The translations under genes were made by a program, and so were the position numbers. Below the pieces are notes generated by a model. That model worked only from the letters and a program-made list of their open reading frames with translations, did not search any database and was not told where the DNA came from. A stretch of 64,000 bases of DNA from Desulfosudaceae bacterium (GTDB taxonomy: Bacteria > Desulfobacterota > Desulfobacteria > Desulfobacterales > Desulfosudaceae): assembly GCA_963674745.2 (NCBI GenBank), contig CAXXDV010000003.1, positions 640,001 through 704,000 on the forward strand. Direction: 5' to 3'. This document shows, piece after piece, positions 39,187-47,288 of the stretch (positions are counted from its first letter, which is position 1; each line of letters begins with the position of its first letter).

Positions 39187-39951
39187 TCAGCCGATAATCG
39201 AATCCAGCAATGAAGTGAGTTGACCCAGGGCCGGGCTGTCGTCCGGTATCTCCATCAGCGACCGGCCGGACAGATCAAAATCCGAAATCACCCGGTCCGG
39301 CTTGATACATCCGTAACACAGCATTTTTTGATCCGTGATCAGTTGAACCAGCTTGTTATCCGCTTCGTCAACACGGTTGAAAATGACGCCGGTTTTAATC
39401 GGGGCCATTTTAGGGATATCGTTGATAATCTCGTCGATCATGACTGCTGTTCTGACACTCCGCATGGAATTGTCGCAGACAATCACCGGGTAGTGAACTG
39501 TTTCGACCACCTTCCGGTTGACCTGTTCCAGGCCGGCTTCGGCGTCAATGATGATCACGTCATACTGGGATGAAATGGCAGCGATGGTTCCCCTGAGCAG
39601 TTCATTTAACGGACAGTAGCAGCCGATGTTATCGGTCCTGCCCATTACCAGGAGACTGAAATCGGGCGCTTCGTACAAGGCTTCGAGTATCAGATAATCG
39701 ATCATGTTGAAAAGGTCGGCCTTTTCTCCGGCGGCCTTTTTTTGCGCGGCTTTGCGGATAATTTTTTCCCGTGCCTGTCCGATTGTCTTCAAGTCTAAAA
39801 CGCCCAGCGAACCTTCAAGGCCCCTGGCCGGATCGGCGTCAACAAAAAGAACCCGTTTGCCCTGACCGGAGAAAATCTTGCCCGTGAGGGCGGACAGGAT
39901 TGTTTTCCCCACCCCGCCTTTGCCGGTAAACGCCATGATCAGGGGACTCAT
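39187..39951 (-). CDS. CooC/AcsF-type nickel-insertion ATPase
   Basis: Deviant Walker A GKGGVGKT, VDADP, LLVMG....GCYC metal motif, DAEAGLEQ. Confidence 0.88.
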   Translation of the reverse strand: MSPLIMAFTGKGGVGKTILSALTGKIFSGQGKRVLFVDADPARGLEGSLGVLDLKTIGQAREKIIRKAAQKKAAGEKADLFNMIDYLILEALYEAPDFSLLVMGRTDNIGCYCPLNELLRGTIAAISSQYDVIIIDAEAGLEQVNRKVVETVHYPVIVCDNSMRSVRTAVMIDEIINDIPKMAPIKTGVIFNRVDEADNKLVQLITDQKMLCYGCIKPDRVISDFDLSGRSLMEIPDDSPALGQLTSLLDSIIG

Positions 39952-39952
39952 A

Positions 39953-40723
39953 TCATGATCTCCTTTTTTTCCTTATCGCGGTTCTTATGGTGTCACAAAT
40001 CGGTTTGTCATCGCAGGCGCTGCAATCCAGGTCCGAACAACTGATGGTGCCGTCCGCTTCGAGTCTGAGCCGGGTGTGTTCCCCCCGGATGGCCGCCGCC
40101 CGTTTATGGATATCATCAATGGCGCTGATGACCTCCGGTATTTCCGCCACAATGATCACTTTGACATCTTTTATGTCGGGAAAAGCGTCCCTGTATGCAA
40201 AGATCAGGCACTGACCCAGAGCGGCCAGGGTGAACCCTTTTTTCATCAGGTCGTGGCTGATTCTGATCCAGAGCTTTCCGGGAATACTCCGGGTCATAAA
40301 ACCCGGAATTTTATTCGAGAGGTTTTTTGCGTTGTTAAAATCCGGCGACAGCGGATCAATATCCGGGCCCGGGTTGGTGATGACGGTTACGGCTATCGAT
40401 GCCGGCCCTTTTCCCATATCAGCCAATTCCGTTCCCAGTGTATAAACGGCATCCCGGCCGATATCCGATTCGCAGGTCCACAGAACGGCACTTGACGAAA
40501 TATGTGAGGGGGATCCGATTTCAAGAGCGGTATCACTTTCCGGGACGATAAAGGCGGTTTTCTTTCCGGATTTTTTTGAAACAAAACCAAGCCGTCCGGC
40601 TTCTTTGCCGTTATCAAAGGCGTAAGTCCTGAACGCGTTTTCATTTAGCATGTTCTCGATCAGATGGATCAGCGGCAGGTGGTCGCATACCGGCTGGTCT
40701 GTCCCGTTGCCCGTGTCAGTCAT
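39953..40723 (-). CDS. Stand-alone CdhC/AcsB (acetyl-CoA synthase) middle-domain-like protein with C-terminal 4-Cys motif
   Basis: LEIGSP, G.E/D, GFM...LWIRIS...KKGFTL..LG pattern as in ACS domain 2; ends CSDLDCSACDDKPIC; lacks the full A-cluster domain. Confidence 0.7.
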   Translation of the reverse strand: MTDTGNGTDQPVCDHLPLIHLIENMLNENAFRTYAFDNGKEAGRLGFVSKKSGKKTAFIVPESDTALEIGSPSHISSSAVLWTCESDIGRDAVYTLGTELADMGKGPASIAVTVITNPGPDIDPLSPDFNNAKNLSNKIPGFMTRSIPGKLWIRISHDLMKKGFTLAALGQCLIFAYRDAFPDIKDVKVIIVAEIPEVISAIDDIHKRAAAIRGEHTRLRLEADGTISCSDLDCSACDDKPICDTIRTAIRKKRRS

Positions 40724-41535
40724 TGGCGTTGCCTTTTGGGGGAAATGAAATTACCTCCGGCAATAACAGCGGCGCCGTAGGCCGCCATAAGTTGCGGATC
40801 AATATCCGAGTGTTTGACGGTTAGATTGGCCATTTTCTTCAACCGGGCCGTAAAAGCCGGCACCTTGGCCAGACCGCCTGACAGAATAATGTCGCTGTCG
40901 GTATCCGCACTGCTGAACATGGATGTCGTTTTGGAGGCGATGGAATCAATCACGCCGGCGATGACATCGTTTTTGTTTTTGCCGGCATTGACCTGGCTGA
41001 TGACACTGCTTTCGGCAAATACGGCGCAATTGCCGGCAATCATGAATTGCTCGGTGGCCTGTTCCGCGTAAGCTGAAATTTTTTCAAACGGAATCTGGAT
41101 GGCTTCGGCGACCATTTCCAGAAACTTACCGCTTCCGGCGGCACATCTTTCATTAACATAGTCCTGCTCGGCAAAGCCGCTATCGTCAATGGTAACGACT
41201 TTAATAAAAAAACCGCCGACATCAATAATGGTTCGGGCATTATTGTCAATCGAAAAGGCCCCGCGCGCAAGGCAGACGGGCTCGCTTAACCGGTAAGTCG
41301 CCTTGTTTACCAGCCTGGCACCGTATCCGGTTGCAACGGACTTTTTTACGGACCGGTTCCGTATTTTTTTCCCCCGGGCCGTGGCCGCCAGATCAAGCGC
41401 CTCGCGAAACGCGTGCCGGTACAATCTGTCAAACCGCCGGTCCATTTCGCGGCAGGCGTATCCGAGGAGCCTGGCATCTTCAACAAGGCAGATTTTCAGG
41501 AACCGTGTTCCGACGTCTATTCCGGCCGTTATCAT
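40720..41535 (-). CDS. ASKHA ATP-dependent [4Fe-4S] activase (HgdC/BcrAD-like), divergent copy
   Basis: GIDVGT, ATGYG, IDVGG, NERCAAGSGKFLE, CAVFAES, SGGLAK. Confidence 0.88.
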   Translation of the reverse strand: MITAGIDVGTRFLKICLVEDARLLGYACREMDRRFDRLYRHAFREALDLAATARGKKIRNRSVKKSVATGYGARLVNKATYRLSEPVCLARGAFSIDNNARTIIDVGGFFIKVVTIDDSGFAEQDYVNERCAAGSGKFLEMVAEAIQIPFEKISAYAEQATEQFMIAGNCAVFAESSVISQVNAGKNKNDVIAGVIDSIASKTTSMFSSADTDSDIILSGGLAKVPAFTARLKKMANLTVKHSDIDPQLMAAYGAAVIAGGNFISPKRQRQ

Positions 41536-42323
41536 GTTAAGCCTTTCATGGCGAAAACAGCCGCCCCCAGCGCCCCGGTTATTTGGGGGTCGATGTTCAG
41601 CCGGGTAAATTTCAGGCTCAGGTGCTTTTCAAGCTGCCGCACAACCCCCTGATTTTTTGATACGCCCCCGGTCAGACAGACATTTTTTTGAATTTCAATC
41701 ACCGTGGAAAGATCTGCGACCCTTTTGGCCACAGCATCAGAAAGCCCGGCGGCGATGTGTTTTAATTTCTTTTTTTCGTAAAGGGCTTCTAAAATTTCAA
41801 GTTCCATGAATATGCTGCATTTATTGGTAATATTTAATGGTTTGCGTGATTTTAACGTCAAGGGGCCTAAATCCTCAAGTTTTACCCCGATTGTTCTGGC
41901 CAGTATCTCCAGGGAGCGACCGGTGCCGGCCGCGCATTTATCGTTCATGGCGAAGTTTTTGATCAACCCCTTTTCATCGATTGAAATCACTTTGCAATCC
42001 TGGCCGCCGATATCGATGATCGTTCGAATGCTGTTATCGGCATAAAAAGCACCCATGCCATGGCAGGATATCTCGCTTAAATTCATATCCGCAAAAGGAA
42101 TACCGGTTCTTCCATATCCGGTACTGCAGCAGCGGGTAATATTGTCAAACGTCAGGCCGCTTGAGGAGAGTACCCGCTGCATGACGCAGGTCGCGGATTC
42201 TAAAACCGTCGGCTTTACCCTGATAATATCCGTGGCCAGGATCGATTGACCGTCCATGATCACGGCTTTTGCCGTAAGTGAACCCACATCACAACCGGCA
42301 AATATCTCTGTTTTCTGAATCAT
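41532..42323 (-). CDS. ASKHA ATP-dependent [4Fe-4S] activase (HgdC/BcrAD-like)
   Basis: GCDVGSLTAK, STGYGR, EISCHG, DIGGQDCK, MNDKCAAGTG, CSIF, TGGVSKN, GALGAA. Confidence 0.92.
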   Translation of the reverse strand: MIQKTEIFAGCDVGSLTAKAVIMDGQSILATDIIRVKPTVLESATCVMQRVLSSSGLTFDNITRCCSTGYGRTGIPFADMNLSEISCHGMGAFYADNSIRTIIDIGGQDCKVISIDEKGLIKNFAMNDKCAAGTGRSLEILARTIGVKLEDLGPLTLKSRKPLNITNKCSIFMELEILEALYEKKKLKHIAAGLSDAVAKRVADLSTVIEIQKNVCLTGGVSKNQGVVRQLEKHLSLKFTRLNIDPQITGALGAAVFAMKGLT

Positions 42324-42324
42324 T

Positions 42325-42741
42325 TTATCCGATAAAATGGTTAACCGTCACGTTATCCCTGGTCAGCTGGAGAAAGCGGAAAAACAGTAGTGCCCATAAG
42401 AAATCTCCGAAAAGGGTTGAAAATGCCAGAAAGGTGGCCTGGCCGATGATAAAACACCAGGTAAATATCGCGAAAAGAATCAGTTTTGCGATGATTCCCA
42501 GCCAGATCACGACCCTGTTTTTCGTCAGGTCTGCGGCAACCGAGCAGTATCCGACACCGAAAATCACTACTGCCAGCATAAAAACCTTAAAAAACAGAAC
42601 CTGGTAAAAATTACCAGTCAGTGCCTGATCCCCCAGCAACAGCTTTGTCGCAAGAGTACCGAACGCCAGACCGAATACGCCCAATCCGATATTCCACAGC
42701 CCGCCCACAAAGAAAGCCTTCTTATAAAAATGGTAATTCAT
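42325..42741 (-). CDS. Small 4-TM membrane protein of unknown function
   Basis: Four hydrophobic segments; paralog of 33970-34356. Confidence 0.75.
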   Translation of the reverse strand: MNYHFYKKAFFVGGLWNIGLGVFGLAFGTLATKLLLGDQALTGNFYQVLFFKVFMLAVVIFGVGYCSVAADLTKNRVVIWLGIIAKLILFAIFTWCFIIGQATFLAFSTLFGDFLWALLFFRFLQLTRDNVTVNHFIG

Positions 42742-42797
42742 TTTTTTGCCTCATATTTATACGATTTTAAAAGCTTTTATTCGATATGATGGATGCC

Positions 42798-42867
42798 ATG
42801 ACAACAGGTCATTTTTTTTGCACCCGTAGAATTTTACTTGACACGGAATCTACCATTTGTCAATAAT
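42798..42867. promoter_or_regulatory. Divergent promoter region with TGAC-N5-GTCA operator
   Basis: ATGACAACAGGTCAT (42798-42812); TTGACA on + (42838-42843) and on - (42863-42858). Confidence 0.55.
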
Positions 42868-42947
42868 CAAAGCGTAGAACATTTAAGGTCGCCCCTTAAG
42901 AAATATTATGCTTTTTTATTCTTTAACGCTACGGTAGAGGTGCAGGT

Positions 42948-44132
42948 CTGTCAATCTTAGATGAAATAAAAAAAATCGCGGCAACAGATTACCATTCCCT
43001 CCTGGTGGATGAAAAAAAATCAGGCAGGAAAATTATCGGCTATTTTTGTTCTTATTTTCCGGAAGAAATCGTCCATGCGGCCGGTTTTGTGCCGTACAGG
43101 ATGAGAGCCGTCGGCAGTACCGGAACGACAAAAGGCGATATCTATTTTTCTTCGCTTAATTGCACATTTGTCAAACGGTGTTTTGATAAAGCCCTCCATG
43201 GTGACTTTGATTTTTTAGACGGGGTCGTCTTTTTGAACGGCTGTGACCATACCCGAAGAATGTATGACAACTGGCGGCATGCCGGGATTGATCCCGATTT
43301 TCGTTACATGTTTGTTGTGCCCCATAAGACCGGCAGGCTGGCGGAAAAAAGGTTTACGGCCGAGATGGAAACATTCAAGGCCGCCCTTGAAAAAGCCTTC
43401 AGCATCACCATATCTGAAGATTCGATCCGGGCCTCTATCCGTCTTTACAATCAGAAAAGATGTCTGCTGTCTGAATTGTACCGGCGACGGTATGAAAAAA
43501 AGGTCCCCATCAACGGCAGTGAAATCCTGAGTGTCATGCTTGCCATAACCGCCATACCGGTTGAACAGGCGATTGATCTCCTGGACAAGGTCCTGGCTGA
43601 AATATCCGGCAGGGATGTGGGCGCGGAAAACAAAATCAGGGTGTTTGTCAGCTCCGGGTGTATGGAAGAGGTTGACCATCTGCAGCTTATTGAAGAATGC
43701 GGTGGGATCGTGGTCGCTGATAACCTGTGTCTGGGGGCCCGTCATTTTGACGGTATGGTGGATGAAACGGCACCCGTATTTGAGGCCCTTTCCCGTCGAT
43801 ATCTTAACCACTTGTCCTGCCCGCGGATGGTCAATGATTTTGCCGGCCGGAACGCATTTCTGAAAAAGACGATTCAAGAATCAGGAGCCGAAGCTATCAT
43901 CGCCGAAAAACTGAAGTTTTGTGATATCTGGGGGGGCGAGCTGTATCTGATGCGGCAGGAAGCAGGAAAAAGCCATCTCCCCATACTCGCCCTTGAACGT
44001 GAGCTTTACGGCGGCGGCGAAGGACAGATCAGAACCAGGGTGCAGGCCTTTTTTGAACAGGTCAGAAACCGGGCGGTGGTTGATGCCGGTCTGCTGCCGA
44101 CTGCGGGCAGGGATTACCAGGCCAAACTGTGA
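42948..44132 (+). CDS. 2-hydroxyacyl-CoA dehydratase / class I benzoyl-CoA reductase subunit (HgdB/BcrC-like)
   Basis: IGYFCSYFPEEIVHAAG, LNCTF, GCDHTRR, DNLCLG, SCPR, KFCD, GQIRTRVQAF; start is CTG 42948 or GTG 43005. Confidence 0.9.
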   Translation: MSILDEIKKIAATDYHSLLVDEKKSGRKIIGYFCSYFPEEIVHAAGFVPYRMRAVGSTGTTKGDIYFSSLNCTFVKRCFDKALHGDFDFLDGVVFLNGCDHTRRMYDNWRHAGIDPDFRYMFVVPHKTGRLAEKRFTAEMETFKAALEKAFSITISEDSIRASIRLYNQKRCLLSELYRRRYEKKVPINGSEILSVMLAITAIPVEQAIDLLDKVLAEISGRDVGAENKIRVFVSSGCMEEVDHLQLIEECGGIVVADNLCLGARHFDGMVDETAPVFEALSRRYLNHLSCPRMVNDFAGRNAFLKKTIQESGAEAIIAEKLKFCDIWGGELYLMRQEAGKSHLPILALERELYGGGEGQIRTRVQAFFEQVRNRAVVDAGLLPTAGRDYQAKL

Positions 44133-44158
44133 ACGAATGCATAAAGTATGGATGAAAA

Positions 44159-45511
44159 ATGACTGCACAGAAACATTATGAGTACATTGTCATCGGTACC
44201 GGCCCCGGGGGCGGGCCGGTGGCGCTGGAACTGGCCAAGGCCGGAAAAAGTGTCCTGGTCGTTGAAAGGGGCGCCTACCACAAACGGTTTCTCGGGTCAC
44301 CGCTGGGTGCCAGGCTTTCCGAACGGTTTTTCTGTTTCAACCGTTCAAAAGAAGGGGTCGTGCTTGAACGGGGGCTGACCGTGGGCGGATCATCCATGAT
44401 TTATCAGGGCAATGTTTTTGATCCGGCCAAACATCTTCTGAATGCCATGGGGCTTGATTTTTCTCCCGAGGCGGACGAGATCAAAAAAGAGATCGGTACC
44501 AATACCCTGCCGGACAGATTTTACAACCGGTTGACCAACGGTACGGCCAGGCTTCTGGAAGCCGCGGAAAAAATGGGCTGCCCGTTCGAGGAGCAGGAAA
44601 AGTTTGTGGAGCCGGACAAATGCCGGCTGGGTTGTGACTGGTGCATGATGGGATGCCCGTATGATGCCAAGTGGTCCACCAGGCGCCTGGTAGAAGAAGG
44701 TCTTGAAAAATATGGCGATAATTATGAGTTGCTGGTAAAAAGTCCGGTCGACAGGCTGCTCATGGATACCAATAAAAAAGTGACCGGGGTGAAGCTCAAA
44801 AACGGGCAACAGATTTTTGGAGACAATGTCATTCTGGCGGCCGGCGGTATCGGCTCGCCGGGTGTTATGCTCAGGTCCGGAGACAATCGGGTCGGCAAGC
44901 GGTTTTTTATGGACCCCATGCATATTCTTTACGGCATCAATAAACATAAAGACGGCGGCCTCTGGGGAGAACAGACGTTTACCCATGCCATTGAAACGTT
45001 CGCCCAAAGCGACGGTTTCATGATCGGCAACAGCTCGGCTTTCGGTACCTATGCGGTAATGAATATCGTCAGGCTCAAGGCTGCCATGAAAACATGGTAC
45101 AAGGCGCCGTTTGTCAAACAGGGTGTCGGTCTGTTCGTAAAGCTGGCTGAAGATGACAGGGGGGAGATTTTCCCCAATGAAAGAACCAGCAAGCCCATGA
45201 CCGAGAACGATAAAAAAAGAATGAAAAAAGGGACGGATATCGCCTCCGAACTGATGATAAAGGCCGGTGTCAAGCCGGATTCCATCGCCATGCTGGAGTG
45301 GGCCGGCGGGCACCCGGGCGGTACCATCGAAATGGGCAAGCTTGTTGACAGGACATTTCGGTCGGAATATCAGAACCTTTATGTTTGTGACGCCAGTGTA
45401 TTCCCGGTTTCACCGGGTTCACCGCCAAGCCTGTCGGTTATGGCCATGTCCAGGCTATTGTCAAAGTTCCTGTTGAAAAAAGTAAAGCCCGAAGACCGGT
45501 TTATCGATTAA
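44159..45511 (+). CDS. GMC-family FAD oxidoreductase with a CxxxCxxCxxxCP Fe-S motif
   Basis: IVIGTGPGG...VVERG, VGGSS, CRLGCDWCMMGCP, ILAAGGIGSP, GHPGGT, LYVCDASVFP. Confidence 0.88.
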   Translation: MTAQKHYEYIVIGTGPGGGPVALELAKAGKSVLVVERGAYHKRFLGSPLGARLSERFFCFNRSKEGVVLERGLTVGGSSMIYQGNVFDPAKHLLNAMGLDFSPEADEIKKEIGTNTLPDRFYNRLTNGTARLLEAAEKMGCPFEEQEKFVEPDKCRLGCDWCMMGCPYDAKWSTRRLVEEGLEKYGDNYELLVKSPVDRLLMDTNKKVTGVKLKNGQQIFGDNVILAAGGIGSPGVMLRSGDNRVGKRFFMDPMHILYGINKHKDGGLWGEQTFTHAIETFAQSDGFMIGNSSAFGTYAVMNIVRLKAAMKTWYKAPFVKQGVGLFVKLAEDDRGEIFPNERTSKPMTENDKKRMKKGTDIASELMIKAGVKPDSIAMLEWAGGHPGGTIEMGKLVDRTFRSEYQNLYVCDASVFPVSPGSPPSLSVMAMSRLLSKFLLKKVKPEDRFID

Positions 45512-45530
45512 CTTAAATTGCAGGTCACCA

Positions 45531-46934
45531 ATGGCGCCAAATTTAGAAAAACTGAAACCCTATGAGTTGTTAAGGAAAAACGCGGGCGGGAATGTGCGAA
45601 AAGTTTTTTTCTCATTAAGTTCCCCGTACGTTGTAAAAGCTCTTTTATATCTTCTCAGACCGCTTTATATGAAAAAGGAAACCTGGTTCAACAGATCGTT
45701 CCGGTATTATGCGCTTTCACTGGGGGCGGGCAGCATGGCGCCTGAAGATATCAAGGCCATGCTTTTTTCTATCAGAGCAGTAGCCGCAAATTTTTTGAAA
45801 GCCATTGACGCCGCTGAAAACAATCAACCCGTTGTCTGGGTGGAGTGGATACTTCAGGGGGAAATCGGGGAGGCCTTTGACCTGACGACGATTAATCCTG
45901 AAGCGTTGAATGTTTACGGCAATTCCTTGAGTGGCGAGTATCCGCCGCTTTTGATTGAAGCCGCCGAAAAGCAGGGCACGCCGATTGAAAACTGCTCGGC
46001 CCAGAAACTGGCCATCGGCGCCTACATTTCAAAGCAGACACCGCCGCCGTCTTTAATTATCGGCGGATCCCATCCCTGCGATACCAGTGTTTCGGTTTAC
46101 CAGACACTTGAATATCTGACCGGTGCGCCTGCATTTATCCTCGACGTGCCATACTGGAAAGACGAAGGCGCTTATAAATATTTTGAAGATAATATTTGGG
46201 AACTGATCGCTTTTCTTGAAAAACATACCGGCAAACCGGCTGACTGGGATAAATTAAGAACCGTCCTGGAACGGGTCAATCAGATTAATTACTATCTGCG
46301 GGAAGTCTGTGAGATGGCGCGGGCCATTCCCTGTCCGTCTTCAATCAATACGCTTCTTTTTGCCTGGGCAACCCGTGAGATTGATGTGCGGTCGCCCCAT
46401 ATGCTTGATATGGCCAAGGCCCTTTATGAGAATTCAAAGAAGCGTTTCGATAAAGGGCAGGGCGTTATTAAAAACGAAAAAGTCCGCATCATCATGTGGT
46501 TTCCGCCCATCGCATTCTATCTTTATTTTTTTACATGGCTGGAAAAGGAGTTCGGTGCTGTTGTGGTCGCCGATTTTATCGGTCATATTTCAACGATTCA
46601 GGTAGACACCTCTTCAAAAGAATCCATGGTCGAAGGCCTGGCTAAAGCCCAGATGCACCTTGCCATGGGCCGGCAATGTCACGGTCCCATGGACTTTTTT
46701 ACCGATGAACTGAATAAAATGATAGATGACTATTCGCCGGACTGCATTTTCTTTATGGGCCACAACGGATGTAAGCACGGCTGGGCCGGTCTGAAGATTG
46801 TCCAGGACACCATTAAGCAAAGAGGGCTGCCGGCGCTTTATTTAAATATCGATATTATGGACAAACGCCATACGTCCGAGACCGAAATCAAGAAACAGAT
46901 TACAGATTTTATGGTTAGCCACGGTTGGGGATAG
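45531..46934 (+). CDS. 2-hydroxyacyl-CoA dehydratase / class I benzoyl-CoA reductase subunit (HgdA/BcrB-like)
   Basis: NCSAQK, HPCD, FILDVPY, LIAFLEKHTG, AIPCP, GHNGCKH, PALYLNIDIMD; N-terminal extension. Confidence 0.88.
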   Translation: MAPNLEKLKPYELLRKNAGGNVRKVFFSLSSPYVVKALLYLLRPLYMKKETWFNRSFRYYALSLGAGSMAPEDIKAMLFSIRAVAANFLKAIDAAENNQPVVWVEWILQGEIGEAFDLTTINPEALNVYGNSLSGEYPPLLIEAAEKQGTPIENCSAQKLAIGAYISKQTPPPSLIIGGSHPCDTSVSVYQTLEYLTGAPAFILDVPYWKDEGAYKYFEDNIWELIAFLEKHTGKPADWDKLRTVLERVNQINYYLREVCEMARAIPCPSSINTLLFAWATREIDVRSPHMLDMAKALYENSKKRFDKGQGVIKNEKVRIIMWFPPIAFYLYFFTWLEKEFGAVVVADFIGHISTIQVDTSSKESMVEGLAKAQMHLAMGRQCHGPMDFFTDELNKMIDDYSPDCIFFMGHNGCKHGWAGLKIVQDTIKQRGLPALYLNIDIMDKRHTSETEIKKQITDFMVSHGWG

Positions 46935-47146
46935 CCCGGATATATCAAGAATTGATTCGACCCCGCGCACCTGACACATTCTGCGATACGCCACTCCGCC
47001 CGCTGATATTGTAGGGGCGGCCCCCTGTGGCCGCCCTGCACAAGGGCAACCACAGGGGGTTGCCCCTACATGGTTATCCGATAAAAGGGCAACCCCATAG
47101 GGGGGGGACGTGATTCACAATCGGGCACGGCACGCCGTGCCCCTAC
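46932..47146. repeat. IS/MITE-like end plus REP cluster
   Basis: TAGCCCGGATAT... at 46932; GTAGGGGCGGCCCCCTGTGGCCGCCC (47011); GGGCAACCACAGGGGGTTGCCCCTAC (47044-47069); GATTCACAATCGGGCACGGCACGCCGTGCCCCTAC (47112-47146). Confidence 0.85.
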
Positions 47147-47227
47147 GTGAGTCTGCGGCCTGCGCCTTGCGGGTGCCGCCAGACAGCGTCCAACGCGGCC
47201 CCGTTATTTTTCCGGGTATAAAATGTC

Positions 47228-47275
47228 TTGACATTGGCATGAGAAATCCCTATTTTTTAAATGACCAGCGGTCAG
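47228..47275 (+). promoter_or_regulatory. Sigma70 promoter with downstream TGACC-N3-GGTCA operator
   Basis: TTGACA (47228) - 17 nt - TATTTT (47251); ATGACCAGCGGTCAG (47261-47275) just upstream of tetR. Confidence 0.7.
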
Positions 47276-47288
47276 TTAAGCGCAGGGG

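Noticed and set aside
39187..40723. Wood-Ljungdahl CODH/ACS operon
   Set aside because: No CODH, corrinoid Fe-S protein or methyltransferase, and the ACS-like protein lacks the A-cluster domain.
44390..45313. 307-aa antisense ORF (and similar ones at 3955-4710, 26703-27497, 48388-49125)
   Set aside because: Shadows of well-supported genes on the opposite strand.
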